DNA of 5,053 nucleotides from a virus (Duplodnaviria; Heunggongvirae; Uroviricota; Caudoviricetes): IMG/VR virus record IMGVR_UViG_2579779049_000020; one strand, 5' to 3'. Shown piece by piece: positions 4,689 to 5,053 of this stretch (position 1 is its first letter; each line of letters starts with the position of its first letter). The notes under the pieces were generated by a model. It saw only the letters and a program-made list of their open reading frames with translations, ran no database searches and was not told where the DNA came from. The position numbers and the translations under genes were made by a program.

Positions 4689-4703
4689 TCGGCCTTTATT
4701 TTT
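4678..4703 (+). terminator. Intrinsic terminator overlapping the stop codon of ORF 4065..4688
   Basis: Stem AGGCCG (4678..4683) / CGGCCT (4690..4695) with a 6-nt loop containing the TAG stop, followed by TTATTTTT (4696..4703). Confidence 0.6.
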
Positions 4704-4751
4704 GGCATAAACAAGAGAATAAACACTGCACTGAATTATTTGAGGTGAGAT

Positions 4752-5053
4752 ATGACAAAATCATGGAGCGTACCTTTTCCTGAATCAGAAACTGAACATG
4801 ATGGAATGCCTGTTTTCTGGAGATTCCAGGCGACAGTTGAAGAAGATGGAATCAAAATATTCGCACTTCAATATATAGCTTTTCATCAGACAGAGCATTA
4901 TGCATGGTTGGTTCCTGCGCATTGGATTGTTAATTTTAAACCAGCACCAAATCAGTGGTTACAGGAATGGAAACAAAGGAGAAATAGATATGCAATTAAG
5001 AAAGTAGCAAAAAATGCAGAAAGATCTTTTGCATTCCCAACGAAGAAACTTGC
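4752..5053 (+). CDS. Hypothetical protein; partial (3' end lies beyond the window)
   Basis: ATG at 4752 with a GAGGTGAG Shine-Dalgarno (4742..4749). The frame is open to the window end with no stop (MTKSWSVPFPESETEHDGMPVFWRFQATVEEDG...). It is absent from the ORF track because it is open-ended. Confidence 0.55.
   Translation, partial: MTKSWSVPFPESETEHDGMPVFWRFQATVEEDGIKIFALQYIAFHQTEHYAWLVPAHWIVNFKPAPNQWLQEWKQRRNRYAIKKVAKNAERSFAFPTKKL

Noticed and set aside
4046-4726. Track ORFs 4046..4249, 4315..4518 and 4325..4726 (-)
   Set aside because: Antisense to ORF 4065..4688 and mutually overlapping, with no ribosome-binding site support. The + ORF has a good Shine-Dalgarno and terminator.
1-5053. 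CRISPR arrays, tRNA or rRNA genes, IS elements or integrase
   Set aside because: No regularly spaced repeats, no cloverleaf-like or rRNA-like sequence, and no transposase- or integrase-like ORF were seen.

Overview
This window reads as the immunity (genetic-switch) region of a lambdoid prophage, laid out in lambda's leftward direction on the + strand. All calls are from reading the sequence and recalled family knowledge; no searches were run. Order, left to right: the start of an O-like replication gene (-), a possible small ORF (-), an oop-like antisense RNA (+), cII (-), a P22-type nutR boxB, cro (-), a three-palindrome OR with divergent PR/PRM, cI (+), two accessory genes, candidate PL/OL, nutL boxB, an N-type antiterminator (+), then two further ORFs (+). 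The region is mosaic: cII/oop/PRE look lambda-like, while N and both boxB hairpins look P22-like. The most interesting feature is the accessory cassette between cI and PL (ORF 1817..2158 and ORF 2311..2832), which sits where lambda carries rexAB. The first ORF is bracketed exactly by a 15-bp direct repeat and both are positioned for expression in the lysogen, so they are candidates for an undescribed prophage-encoded exclusion or defence function. No rRNA, tRNA, CRISPR array, IS element or integrase was seen.
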